Assembly (NCBI GenBank): GCA_963803435.1
Contig: CAWDML010000006.1
Coordinates: forward strand, 64,001 to 128,000
Direction of reading: 5' to 3'
From: an uncultured delta proteobacterium
GTDB taxonomy: Bacteria; Myxococcota; Kuafuiibacteriia; Kuafuiibacteriales; Kuafuiibacteriaceae
Length of the DNA: 64,000 nt
The stretch's first letter is position 1. Every line of letters starts with the position of its first letter. Under the pieces are notes generated by a model, which saw only the letters and a list, made by a program, of their open reading frames with translations, did not search any database and had not been told where the DNA came from. Both the position numbers and the translations under genes were made by a program. Of this stretch, positions 50,301 through 59,044 are shown one piece after another.

Positions 50301-52355
50301 TCACGTCTCCAGGAGAGCGGTCTCCAGGAGCAGGTAGGCGATCGAGAGGATCAGGTGCGCCTCCGGGGGGCGCGCCTCGACCAGGGACTCGATGGTCTCT
50401 CCGCGCGCCAGGGCGCGGGCCACGTCGAAGCGCGGCTGGTCGAGCTCGAGCGCCTGGATCCCGCGGGCGAACCGCCGGGAGATCGAGAAGCGGGTGGCCA
50501 GCACCGGCGCCAGCGCCGAGGTCAGCATCGCCTCGGTGAAGGCCTTCGGGACGATCTCGGCGAACAGCGGGAAGATCGACTCGGCGAACGGCTCACCGGC
50601 CACCCGTCGCCCCTCGTCGAGGGTGTACGCGCCGCTCTGCCAGCCGAGCAAGGCGATCAAGCGCTCCTTCATGAGGTACAGCCGCAGCGCGGCGGGCGAC
50701 CACTCGGGGTGGATCTGCGAGACGAAGCGCTCGAGCGGCTCCTCGCATGACAGCACCCCGTGGAAGAGCTCGGGCAGCTGACCCGAGGCCACCAGGCCCA
50801 TCGACGTCAGCACTTCGGGGAGCTGCAGACGGAACAGGTTGGAGCTCACGAAGACCGGGCGACCCCGAGAGAACACGACCTCGACGCGCAGCTCACGGCC
50901 GTTCTGATCGCTGACCAGCGTCAGCCGCCCGTCCGACGCTTGCTCGGAGAGGTGCGCGAGCAAGGACACCGCGCTCCTTTGCTCCAGCAGGCCGTGCGCC
51001 ATCGTCGAGAGATCGCGCGTGGTGTCCTCGGAGAAGAGGGCCTCCTGCCCCGTGAGCTCGGCGAAGCGCGCCACCATCATCCAGCGCTTCTCGTCGGGCG
51101 AGAGCAACAGCGGCGATCCCTCGCGCACTTGCTCGCGGGCCAGGACCAGCGCGTCGAAGTAGCTGAACGGACCCGAGACCCGCTTGGCGTCGTCGATCCA
51201 GAACGGATACAGCCCGTCGTAGCGTGCTGTGGGCACGGGCATCGGATCGTTCTCGACGACGTCGACGTCGAAGATCACGCCGTGCTGCTCCAGCGCCGGC
51301 TTGAAGGCGATGTCCGCCGAGGAGGAGGCGAAGCTGCGGCCGCTGTCGCTGGTGCTCTCGCTCCGGACCAGCCGGGCGACGTCGGAGGACGGGAGGTCGC
51401 CCTGCCGCATCCGTACGAAGTCGTCGACGATCGCGCGGACGTCGTCGGGGAAGATACGCGGCTTGAGATCCTGGAGGATCTCGAGGAGACGGGTCGCGAA
51501 GTCGCGTGCGGTCAGAAAGCGCTGCGACGGAGAGGGTCGGAGCGCACGGAGCACGCAGGCGTCCAGCTCGCGCGGGATGTCGCCGAAGTGCGAGGAGGGC
51601 GCGACGCGCTCACCGGTGCAGATCAGGTTCATCGTCTCGATCTCGGGACGGCGTCCCCCGAAGAGGCGGCGCTGCGCCAGCATCTCCCACAGGACCACGC
51701 CCGCCGCGAAGACGTCCGAGCGCTGATCGAGCGGCCGGTGATAGAGCTGCTCGGGGGACATGTAGGAGAGCTTGCCCTTGATCGTCCCCGTGAGCGTCTG
51801 CTCGGAGCGCGAGTGGTCCTTGGCCACGCCGAAGTCGCCGAGCTTCACCTCACCGGTCTTGGACACGAAGATGTTGGAGGGCGAGACGTCGCGGTGCACC
51901 ACGTTGCGGGGGCGGCCCTCCTGGTCCTTGAGCTCGTGCGCGTAACCCAGGCCCGCCAGGACGTCGGTCATCACCTTGACCGTGAACCAGACCGGGAGGC
52001 GGACCTTGTGCTTGTTGGCGGTCTGGAGGATCTGCCGCAGGTCGGTCCCCTCGACGTACTCGAGGACCATGAACAGGCGTCCCTCCGTCTCCTCGAGCTC
52101 GAAGACCTGGACGATGTTCTGGTGGTGAATGTTCGCGGCCAGCTTCGCCTCGGCGACGAACATGTTCACCATCTCGGGTCGCGCCACCAGCTCGGGGCGC
52201 ATCAGCTTGATGACGACGATCTTCTCGAAGCCGGCCGCGCCCGGAAGCTTGGCGCGAAACACCTCGGCCATGCCGCCTTCACCCAGGCGATCCAGGAGCT
52301 CGTATTTGCCGAGATGCGTCGGCAACACGATCTCGACCTGTATCCGAATCGCCAC
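50301..52355 (-). CDS. Ser/Thr protein kinase with C-terminal DUF4388-like domain
   Basis: LGEGGMAEV, VVIK, HRDVSPSN, DFG, KGKLSYMSPEQ; GRLTL..VVFSRGRP; start may be at 52328. Confidence 0.92.
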   Translation of the reverse strand: MAIRIQVEIVLPTHLGKYELLDRLGEGGMAEVFRAKLPGAAGFEKIVVIKLMRPELVARPEMVNMFVAEAKLAANIHHQNIVQVFELEETEGRLFMVLEYVEGTDLRQILQTANKHKVRLPVWFTVKVMTDVLAGLGYAHELKDQEGRPRNVVHRDVSPSNIFVSKTGEVKLGDFGVAKDHSRSEQTLTGTIKGKLSYMSPEQLYHRPLDQRSDVFAAGVVLWEMLAQRRLFGGRRPEIETMNLICTGERVAPSSHFGDIPRELDACVLRALRPSPSQRFLTARDFATRLLEILQDLKPRIFPDDVRAIVDDFVRMRQGDLPSSDVARLVRSESTSDSGRSFASSSADIAFKPALEQHGVIFDVDVVENDPMPVPTARYDGLYPFWIDDAKRVSGPFSYFDALVLAREQVREGSPLLLSPDEKRWMMVARFAELTGQEALFSEDTTRDLSTMAHGLLEQRSAVSLLAHLSEQASDGRLTLVSDQNGRELRVEVVFSRGRPVFVSSNLFRLQLPEVLTSMGLVASGQLPELFHGVLSCEEPLERFVSQIHPEWSPAALRLYLMKERLIALLGWQSGAYTLDEGRRVAGEPFAESIFPLFAEIVPKAFTEAMLTSALAPVLATRFSISRRFARGIQALELDQPRFDVARALARGETIESLVEARPPEAHLILSIAYLLLETALLET

Positions 52356-52447
52356 GTTTCCGCGAGGTCAAACGGGTCCGCGCCCCGTGTCCCGGGTGAA
52401 TACGCGATCACCTGCTCCCATGAAGTGTGCAACGCGTGCAGCGCGCG

Positions 52448-53593
52448 TCATGTCGCGGCGCGTTCCACCCGTTTGATGGCCAATAGGCCATAGCAGGCGG
52501 TGGCGCACAGCGCGGCGACCGCCGCGGTGCGGAAGACGGCACGCCCGCCGTCCGCCTCGAAGATCGATCCACCCAGCAGGTACCCGAACATCATCCCCAG
52601 TCCGACCGCGGTGAGCGCGACCGACTGCACGCTGGTGCGCAGCGCTTCGGGTGCCTCGTCTTGAACGTACTTCACCATCGAGAGGTACCAGAGGCCGAAC
52701 GTGAACGCGTGGAGGGTCTGAGCGAAGAGGATCGGCGCGCGCTCGATCGCCGTGGAGAGGATGAGCCAGCGACCGACGGCGACCACGGTGCAGAAGACCA
52801 TCAGGCGGCGCGCGTCGAATCTCGCCAGCAGCCGCGGTCCGAAGAACATGATCGCGACCTCGCAGAACACGCCGACCGCCCAGCCGATCCCGATGAAGGT
52901 GTCGTCGTAGCCGAGCGCGCGCAGGTGGAGGCCGAAGTAAACGTCGAAGATCGAGTGACCGATGTAGTGGAACACGGTGCCGAGCAGGACCAGAGGCAGC
53001 GACGAGCTCCAGATGGTCCGGAGGGTCAGCATGAAGACATGGGGGCGGCGCTCCGGCGGCGGCGCCTCCAGGCCCAGCGCCATCAGGAACGACAGGAAGT
53101 AGACGACCGCGGCGAGGACGACCAGGCGGCCGGGATGTCTCGAGACCTCGAGCCGACCCGCGAGCACCGCGGAGAGCGCAAAGCCGAGCGAGCCCCAGAT
53201 GCGGATGGTGGCGAAGCGGCCGCGACCCTCGGCCAGCATGGCGTGCGCGGCGGCGTCGGCCAGCGGCGTGATCGAGGCGCGGAAGAAGCAGATGAACGCC
53301 ATCGCGAACAAGCTCCCGGCGAGCCTCCAGTCGGGATAGAGCAGCAGGATGGAGGAGGCGGCGCCGATCGAGGCGACGCGGATCAGGATCACGCGCGCGT
53401 GGAGCGCGTCGGCGAGCACGCCCCAGAGCGAGGGCACGAGCAGGCTCGCGACCGGGACCAGGAACATCACCCGCGCGATCTCGGTCGGACTGAGCCCGCG
53501 CGCGTCGAACAGGAGAGGGAGGAACGGCATGACCGCTCCGAGGGCGCCGAAGTTGAAGAAGTAGAAGGCGCTCAGGCGACGGACCGGGGTCAG
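52448..53593 (-). CDS. MFS transporter
   Basis: RLSAFYFFNFGALG..MPFLP, WGVLAD, IRIWGSLGF, about 12 TM segments; homology extends upstream of the ATG at 53530. Confidence 0.88.
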   Translation of the reverse strand: MTPVRRLSAFYFFNFGALGAVMPFLPLLFDARGLSPTEIARVMFLVPVASLLVPSLWGVLADALHARVILIRVASIGAASSILLLYPDWRLAGSLFAMAFICFFRASITPLADAAAHAMLAEGRGRFATIRIWGSLGFALSAVLAGRLEVSRHPGRLVVLAAVVYFLSFLMALGLEAPPPERRPHVFMLTLRTIWSSSLPLVLLGTVFHYIGHSIFDVYFGLHLRALGYDDTFIGIGWAVGVFCEVAIMFFGPRLLARFDARRLMVFCTVVAVGRWLILSTAIERAPILFAQTLHAFTFGLWYLSMVKYVQDEAPEALRTSVQSVALTAVGLGMMFGYLLGGSIFEADGGRAVFRTAAVAALCATACYGLLAIKRVERAAT

Positions 53594-53626
53594 AGCCCCA
53601 CACCCTCCACGGCGGGACGGACCCAG

Positions 53627-54400
53627 TCAATGGAGCAGCGGTAGACCGAAGCGCGCGCGCTCTCGATGCATGTCCGACTCGAAGCGGCCGCGGAGCGCGG
53701 CGCCGATGAGATGGGCGCGGGCGCCGCACGCGTCGCGATACGACCGGCGCAGCCGGCCCGCCGCGTCCTCGGCGGAGGTGGCGCTGGAGACGGCCGTGAT
53801 CCCGAGCCGGCGAGCCAGGCCCGACAGCGACTCCAGGTCGACCTCGATCGGATCGCGGCCAGCCGAGCGCGCGAGCTTGGTGCCGGTCCCGAGGAGCTGC
53901 ACTTCTCCGTCGAAGCCCAGGAAGATGTCGGTCTCGTCGAAACCGCCCATCGAGCAGGTGCCGGTCGCCGGACCCTGCTCGGCGAGCCAAGCGATCCCGG
54001 CGGCGGCCGCGTGGAGGATCGCGCCGACCACCTCCTCCTCGACCGGCGCCTCGGAGAGGACCTCGGCCAGGGTGCGGCCGAGCCGATGCGGCCGGACCAC
54101 ATACGGGACGCCGGTGTCCATGCCGGCCCCGACGATCGGCGCGACGTGGCGGTGCCGGAGGCCCGCGACATGGGCGAGGTCGGCGAGGAGCGCGCCGTCG
54201 GGGCCGGCCAGGTGGGTATTTCGCAGTGCGGCATACCGCTCGAGCTCCACCACCTCGTCGTACGCAGCGTGGAGCGCGACCACCACGTCGCCGAGGAGCG
54301 TGGCCCGGACCGTCCGACCGATGCGGTAGGGACCCACGTGGCCGTGCAAAAACTCCATCGGGTCGGCCCGCTCGCGGCGGAGGACCCAGAGGCTCTCCAT
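53627..54400 (-). CDS. Stand-alone cytoplasmic pseudokinase
   Basis: VGPYRIG, LRHRHVAPIV, PYVV..GRTLAEVL, IFLGFDGEVQLLGTG; lacks catalytic K, HRD and DFG. Confidence 0.72.
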   Translation of the reverse strand: MESLWVLRRERADPMEFLHGHVGPYRIGRTVRATLLGDVVVALHAAYDEVVELERYAALRNTHLAGPDGALLADLAHVAGLRHRHVAPIVGAGMDTGVPYVVRPHRLGRTLAEVLSEAPVEEEVVGAILHAAAAGIAWLAEQGPATGTCSMGGFDETDIFLGFDGEVQLLGTGTKLARSAGRDPIEVDLESLSGLARRLGITAVSSATSAEDAAGRLRRSYRDACGARAHLIGAALRGRFESDMHRERARFGLPLLH

Positions 54401-54497
54401 GCCGCGATCGTACCGGAGGTCGGACGTGTGGTGGATGTCACCCCTACGCAAAAGTGGCTCTTCTCGGGCGCCAGGCCGGGTTCCTCCCGACGAAACG

Positions 54498-56108
54498 ATG
54501 AGGTTACAGCGCACCGCCTTCCTCCTCGCCGCACTGCTGCTCGCCCGGACGAGCGCAGCGCAGTCGCTCTCCGACGCCGAGACGCTTCCGAAGGGCACCG
54601 GGGGCCTGATCGTCAACCCGGGCTTCGGCTATGGACCCGGCGCGCTCCAGCGCTTCGGGCGCGGGTGGCGGATCGGGCGCGAGTCCCTGGTCGCGGACTT
54701 CGACGGGATCGATCTGACGCAAGTGATCGGCGGTGACTCGGCCGACGCGATCGCGGCGCTGGTCGGCAAGCTCGGCACCACCAGCTTCGAGGCGAAGCAG
54801 ACCGCCTTCGCGATCAACTTCCTGGCCGCGTACGGCATCACCGATCGCCTCACCGTCGCCGCGCTCCTGCCGTTCCAGTTCGTGAAGTATCGGCTGGACG
54901 CCGCCCTCATCCCGGCGGGCCCGGACGCGTCGCACTATCGGGTGAAGAACGCCGATCAGCTCACGTGCCCCGGCGGCGACTTCGACATCAGCGATCCGGA
55001 GAGCCTGATCGGCGGCGAGAACGCGCTGCTCGAGGATGGCGGTCCCGGCTACACGTTCAGCATCGCGGACCTGAACCGTGCGCTCGGGTCGGACTGCCTC
55101 GGCTATCGCCCGGTGGTCGACGAGATCGTCACGCGCGACGGTGTCCAGCACGGCCTCGGCGACCGCACCTACTCCGGCTTCCGCGATCTGGCGCTGGCGG
55201 CGAAGTATCAGCTCTATCGCTCCCGCGCGATCCACCTGGGGTTGATCGGCTACCTGATCGCACCGACCGGAAAGCCAGACCGGCCCGACGACCTCTTCGA
55301 CGTGAAGTTCGGCGACGGCAACTGGGGCGGCGCGCTCTTGGGCGCGCTCACGGTCCCGCTGGGCGACTTCAGCATGGGCGCCTCGTTCGGCTACGAGATC
55401 GAGGGCGCCGACTCGATCACCGTGCGCCTCAACGACGTCACCTTCTCCAAGGACCTCGAGGAGCAGCTGGCGAGGAACGAGATCAGCGAGGCCGACCTCC
55501 TCCGCGATCACCTCGACGACGCCGACCTGATCCCGATCGTCACCCGCTACGACCAGGTGAAGGTGAAGCGGAAGCTCGGCGACAACATCTACGTCTATAC
55601 CAGCTTCAACTATCAGATCCTCGAGTGGTTGAGCGTCGGCCTGACGATCAACTTCCTCCACCACTTCCGCGACCAGATCACCGCGCTCGGGCCCCGGCCC
55701 GACGGCGCACCCGCGTACCCGAGCGAGGCGGACGTGCGCGCCGAGGTGGATCAGCTCGCCTCCGACGAGGACTGGGACGCCGAGAGAAAGACGAAGGAGC
55801 TGGTGTCGCGGCTCGGTCAGACCGAGGCGCGCAAGAAGGCCGCCTACGGCTGGCATACGGTCCGAGGGAACCTGGACGTGGGCTTGGGGATCGGCTTCAA
55901 CACGGTGCCGCTCTTCGTCCGCGGCGAGTTCCCGCTGCCGATCATCGCGGGGATCGGGATCAATCGCTTCATCGCCGGGCAAAACTTGGACACACCCGAG
56001 GCGATCAACTTCAACATCACGATCCCCTTCGTCACCAGCCTCGATATCCGGGATCCCGCAGAGTACGGCTACGACGACGAGGTCGGCGGCGGGCTCCCCT
56101 GGCCGTAA
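54498..56108 (+). CDS. Outer-membrane beta-barrel/transporter-like protein (MetA-pathway-like family)
   Basis: Signal peptide; AYGITDRLTV...P, SGFRDLALAAKYQL, APTG...FGDG. Confidence 0.7.
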   Translation: MRLQRTAFLLAALLLARTSAAQSLSDAETLPKGTGGLIVNPGFGYGPGALQRFGRGWRIGRESLVADFDGIDLTQVIGGDSADAIAALVGKLGTTSFEAKQTAFAINFLAAYGITDRLTVAALLPFQFVKYRLDAALIPAGPDASHYRVKNADQLTCPGGDFDISDPESLIGGENALLEDGGPGYTFSIADLNRALGSDCLGYRPVVDEIVTRDGVQHGLGDRTYSGFRDLALAAKYQLYRSRAIHLGLIGYLIAPTGKPDRPDDLFDVKFGDGNWGGALLGALTVPLGDFSMGASFGYEIEGADSITVRLNDVTFSKDLEEQLARNEISEADLLRDHLDDADLIPIVTRYDQVKVKRKLGDNIYVYTSFNYQILEWLSVGLTINFLHHFRDQITALGPRPDGAPAYPSEADVRAEVDQLASDEDWDAERKTKELVSRLGQTEARKKAAYGWHTVRGNLDVGLGIGFNTVPLFVRGEFPLPIIAGIGINRFIAGQNLDTPEAINFNITIPFVTSLDIRDPAEYGYDDEVGGGLPWP

Positions 56109-56414
56109 TCACGCTCGTGCGGGCGTACCTTCGAGGAAGTTGTCGATGAAGCGACCGGCCTGCTGCACGTCGCGGTCGCCCGCTTCGACCCGGCCTCCCT
56201 CAGCGCGTCCGCACGCCGCGCGAGACCGAGCGGCTGGCTGAAGAGGTTCCACATCTTCTCGAAGCCGCCGTACAGCGCCTCCAGCTCGCCGAGCGAGGAG
56301 ACCAGCGCCTTCGTGTCGTTGGTGCGGACCGCGTCGCCGTAGCGGAGTCGACGATTCGGTCTGTCTCGGTGTTTTTTTGCATGCGCGAAGCCGCTCCGGC
56401 GTCGATGGATCCAA
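56109..56414 (-). CDS. Small hypothetical protein, apparently frameshifted
   Basis: Coding-like frames RRLRYGDAVRTNDTKALVSSLGELEALYGGFEKMWNLF and DRDVQQAGRFIDNFLEG join through shifts near 56355 and 56195. Confidence 0.4.
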   Translation of the reverse strand: MDPSTPERLRACKKTPRQTESSTPLRRRGPHQRHEGAGLLARRAGGAVRRLREDVEPLQPAARSRAACGRAEGGRVEAGDRDVQQAGRFIDNFLEGTPARA

Positions 56415-56479
56415 TCACAATCCTGGACCCTTCGCTCGAAGAGGGGCCGGAGTGAAGAGACTACACGGCCGCGCCTCTG

Positions 56480-59035
56480 CTACCGGGGGCGGCGGCGGGT
56501 CGAGAAGTATGCGGTGTCCCGCTGCGACTTCTCCCGCTTGGGAGGATCGGCAGGGACCAGCTCCACGCCGGCCTCTTCGGCGGAGATCGGCTGCGTCTCC
56601 GGCGGGCGGGTTCGCTCCGCGGTGGGAAACGCCGGCATTCGCACCATCTCGATCTGCGGGAGGTCCTCGCTCTCGAGATCGCCGGTGGCGCGATCGCCGA
56701 CCGTCGCCAGGATGCGCTTGAACGGGGCCGCGAAGGAGGCGGCGCTCTGGAACCGATCATCTGGATCGAACGCGAGCCCGCGCGTCACCAGATCACCGAC
56801 CAGCCGCGGGATGTTCGCGTTGAGCTCCTTGAGCGGGGCAGGCCGGCGCAGGCGATCCATGCCCTCGAAGGGGAGCTTCCCGGCCAGCATCTCGTAGATC
56901 GAGACGGCGACGGAGAAGATATCCGAGCGGGCGTCGACCTTGTCTCCCAGGATCTGCTCGGGCGCCATGTAGCCCGGGGTTCCGGCGACCATGGAAGCGT
57001 CGGTGCCTTGGCTGGTCGACTTGGCGAGGCCGAAGTCCATCAGCTTCACCAGGCCGGTGGGGGTCCGCATCATGTTGGACGGCTTGATGTCGCGGTGAAT
57101 GATCGATCGCTTGTGGGCGACCTCGAGGGCATCCAGGAGCTGCGTCGAGATCCGCAGCGTCTCCAGCAGCGAGAGCGGGCTCCGGCGCTGGCAGATCTCC
57201 TTGACGGTCACGCCCTCGACGTACTCCATGGCGATGAAGGTCTGTCCCTCGAGCGTCCCGAAGTCGTAGATCGTGACGACGTTCGGATGGTTGAGCTGAG
57301 CGACCGAGCGCGCCTCCCGCTGGAAGAGCTCGCGGATGCTCGGCTGCGCGACGGAGCTCTCGCTCAGGAACTTCAGCGCGACGTCCCGGCCGAGGACCTC
57401 GTCGGTCGCTCGGTACACGATGGCCATCCCGCCGCGGCCGAGCTCACCCGCGATGGTGTAGCGGGACTTCTCCTTCTTGCGCACCATCGTCCCGGCCACG
57501 CCCAGGTCGGTGACCTGCTCGCAGAGCCCCCGCTGCCAGCCGCGGATCTCCTCGACGCGGGCCACCGCGTCTCGATATCCAGGTGACACGCCGTCGACCT
57601 TCTCGAGCGCGCTGAGCGCCTCCGCATAGTTGCCGCCGGCCAGGTGCGCCAGGCCAATCCGGTAGAAGACCTCGATGTTGCGAAGCGTGCACTCCTGACC
57701 GTCGACATACCGCTTGAGCGTGTCGACCGAGGGACCCGCCTTCGCCGCTTGCACGGCGGAGTCGGCGAGGAGAACCAGCGTGGGCACGTGGATGACGGTG
57801 TTCCGCGGCGGCGGCACGGGGGCCCGCGAACGGGACCCGCTGGCCCGCGTCCGCTCCAGCACGCTCCCCGCATCGTCGGCTCGCAGGGCGTGGAGCTCCC
57901 GCTGCGCGATCTCCGCGGCCTCGCGATGGATCGCGCTCAGCTCTTCGGGGGCGAGGAGCTCCCCGTCGAGCTCCACCGGCGGGAGCATCACGTCGTCGAG
58001 CGGCCGCGAGGCGCTCGTCGCTCGCGCCAGCGTTTCCCTCGGCCGGGCGCCGGTCAGGGAGGAGAGGCGATCCCGCGCGTCCTGGTAGTCGCCGAGGACG
58101 TCGACGATCGACGTCAGCACGGCGATCGCGCGCGGCACCTCGCCCCGCTTCTCGAGGATCTCCGCATAGCGGAGGTGCATCGCGGCGGTGGCGGGTCCGA
58201 GCGGATGGGAGTCGGTGAGCTCGCTGAGGAACGTATAGCCCGTCTCCCGCGAGAGCTCGCAGATCCGATCCACATACTGCATCGGAGACTTCGATCTCCG
58301 CGCGACCATGATCCAGGTCTCGGCGGCACGCTCGCGGTTTCCGCCCAGCTCGTAGAGCTCGGCGGCGCGCTCGAAGTTGCCCCGCTTCGCCACCAGCGGC
58401 GCCGCCTCGTTGGGGAGCGCGAGCACGTTGACGTAGAGGTGCACCGACTCCTCGTAGAGCTGCGCGTCGCGGTAGGTGTCGGCCGCTCCGCGGATGTCTC
58501 CGCTCGCCAGCAGGCGCTCTGCGAGCTGCCGGCCCTCGTCCTGGCGCCTCGATACATCGCCGGCGTCGGAAGGAACGTCGACCGAGTCGAGGTCGCTCGA
58601 GCGCAAATCGAGCGAGCGCAGGTCGTCCGAACGCGCCACCGGCTCATTCGTCGCGCCGGAGCCTGCACGTGTCCGCGCCGCCCGAGCCAGCTCGACGAAC
58701 CCGGCCTTGTCGTAGGACTGCGCGGCCTTGTCGAAGAGGCTGGCATGCTCATAGAGCTCCGCCGCACGTCGATGATTACCGATCTGCACCGCGATCTGCG
58801 CCGCCCGCGCCGGCTTCTGCGCCCGCACGAAGTAGTCGATCGCCTCCTCGGGGCGGTCGTGGTCGAGCGCCAGCTGGGCGGCCCGGCCGTACTTGCCGTT
58901 CCTCAGCAGGCGATCGACCCCGGGCAGCTTCTTCTTCTTGCCGCGCCACGAGCGCTTCCGGCCCGTGACCATACGATAGGCCAGCGTGACCGAGAGGACG
59001 ACGACCGCGATCCAGAGGGCGAGGTTTTGATCCAT
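56480..59035 (-). CDS. Membrane-anchored Ser/Thr kinase with long TPR-like helical region
   Basis: N-terminal TM; RAAELYE repeats; LGRGGMAIVY, VALK, HRDIKPSN, DFG, GTPGYMAPEQ. Confidence 0.92.
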   Translation of the reverse strand: MDQNLALWIAVVVLSVTLAYRMVTGRKRSWRGKKKKLPGVDRLLRNGKYGRAAQLALDHDRPEEAIDYFVRAQKPARAAQIAVQIGNHRRAAELYEHASLFDKAAQSYDKAGFVELARAARTRAGSGATNEPVARSDDLRSLDLRSSDLDSVDVPSDAGDVSRRQDEGRQLAERLLASGDIRGAADTYRDAQLYEESVHLYVNVLALPNEAAPLVAKRGNFERAAELYELGGNRERAAETWIMVARRSKSPMQYVDRICELSRETGYTFLSELTDSHPLGPATAAMHLRYAEILEKRGEVPRAIAVLTSIVDVLGDYQDARDRLSSLTGARPRETLARATSASRPLDDVMLPPVELDGELLAPEELSAIHREAAEIAQRELHALRADDAGSVLERTRASGSRSRAPVPPPRNTVIHVPTLVLLADSAVQAAKAGPSVDTLKRYVDGQECTLRNIEVFYRIGLAHLAGGNYAEALSALEKVDGVSPGYRDAVARVEEIRGWQRGLCEQVTDLGVAGTMVRKKEKSRYTIAGELGRGGMAIVYRATDEVLGRDVALKFLSESSVAQPSIRELFQREARSVAQLNHPNVVTIYDFGTLEGQTFIAMEYVEGVTVKEICQRRSPLSLLETLRISTQLLDALEVAHKRSIIHRDIKPSNMMRTPTGLVKLMDFGLAKSTSQGTDASMVAGTPGYMAPEQILGDKVDARSDIFSVAVSIYEMLAGKLPFEGMDRLRRPAPLKELNANIPRLVGDLVTRGLAFDPDDRFQSAASFAAPFKRILATVGDRATGDLESEDLPQIEMVRMPAFPTAERTRPPETQPISAEEAGVELVPADPPKREKSQRDTAYFSTRRRPR

Positions 59036-59044
59036 CGTCGGTTC

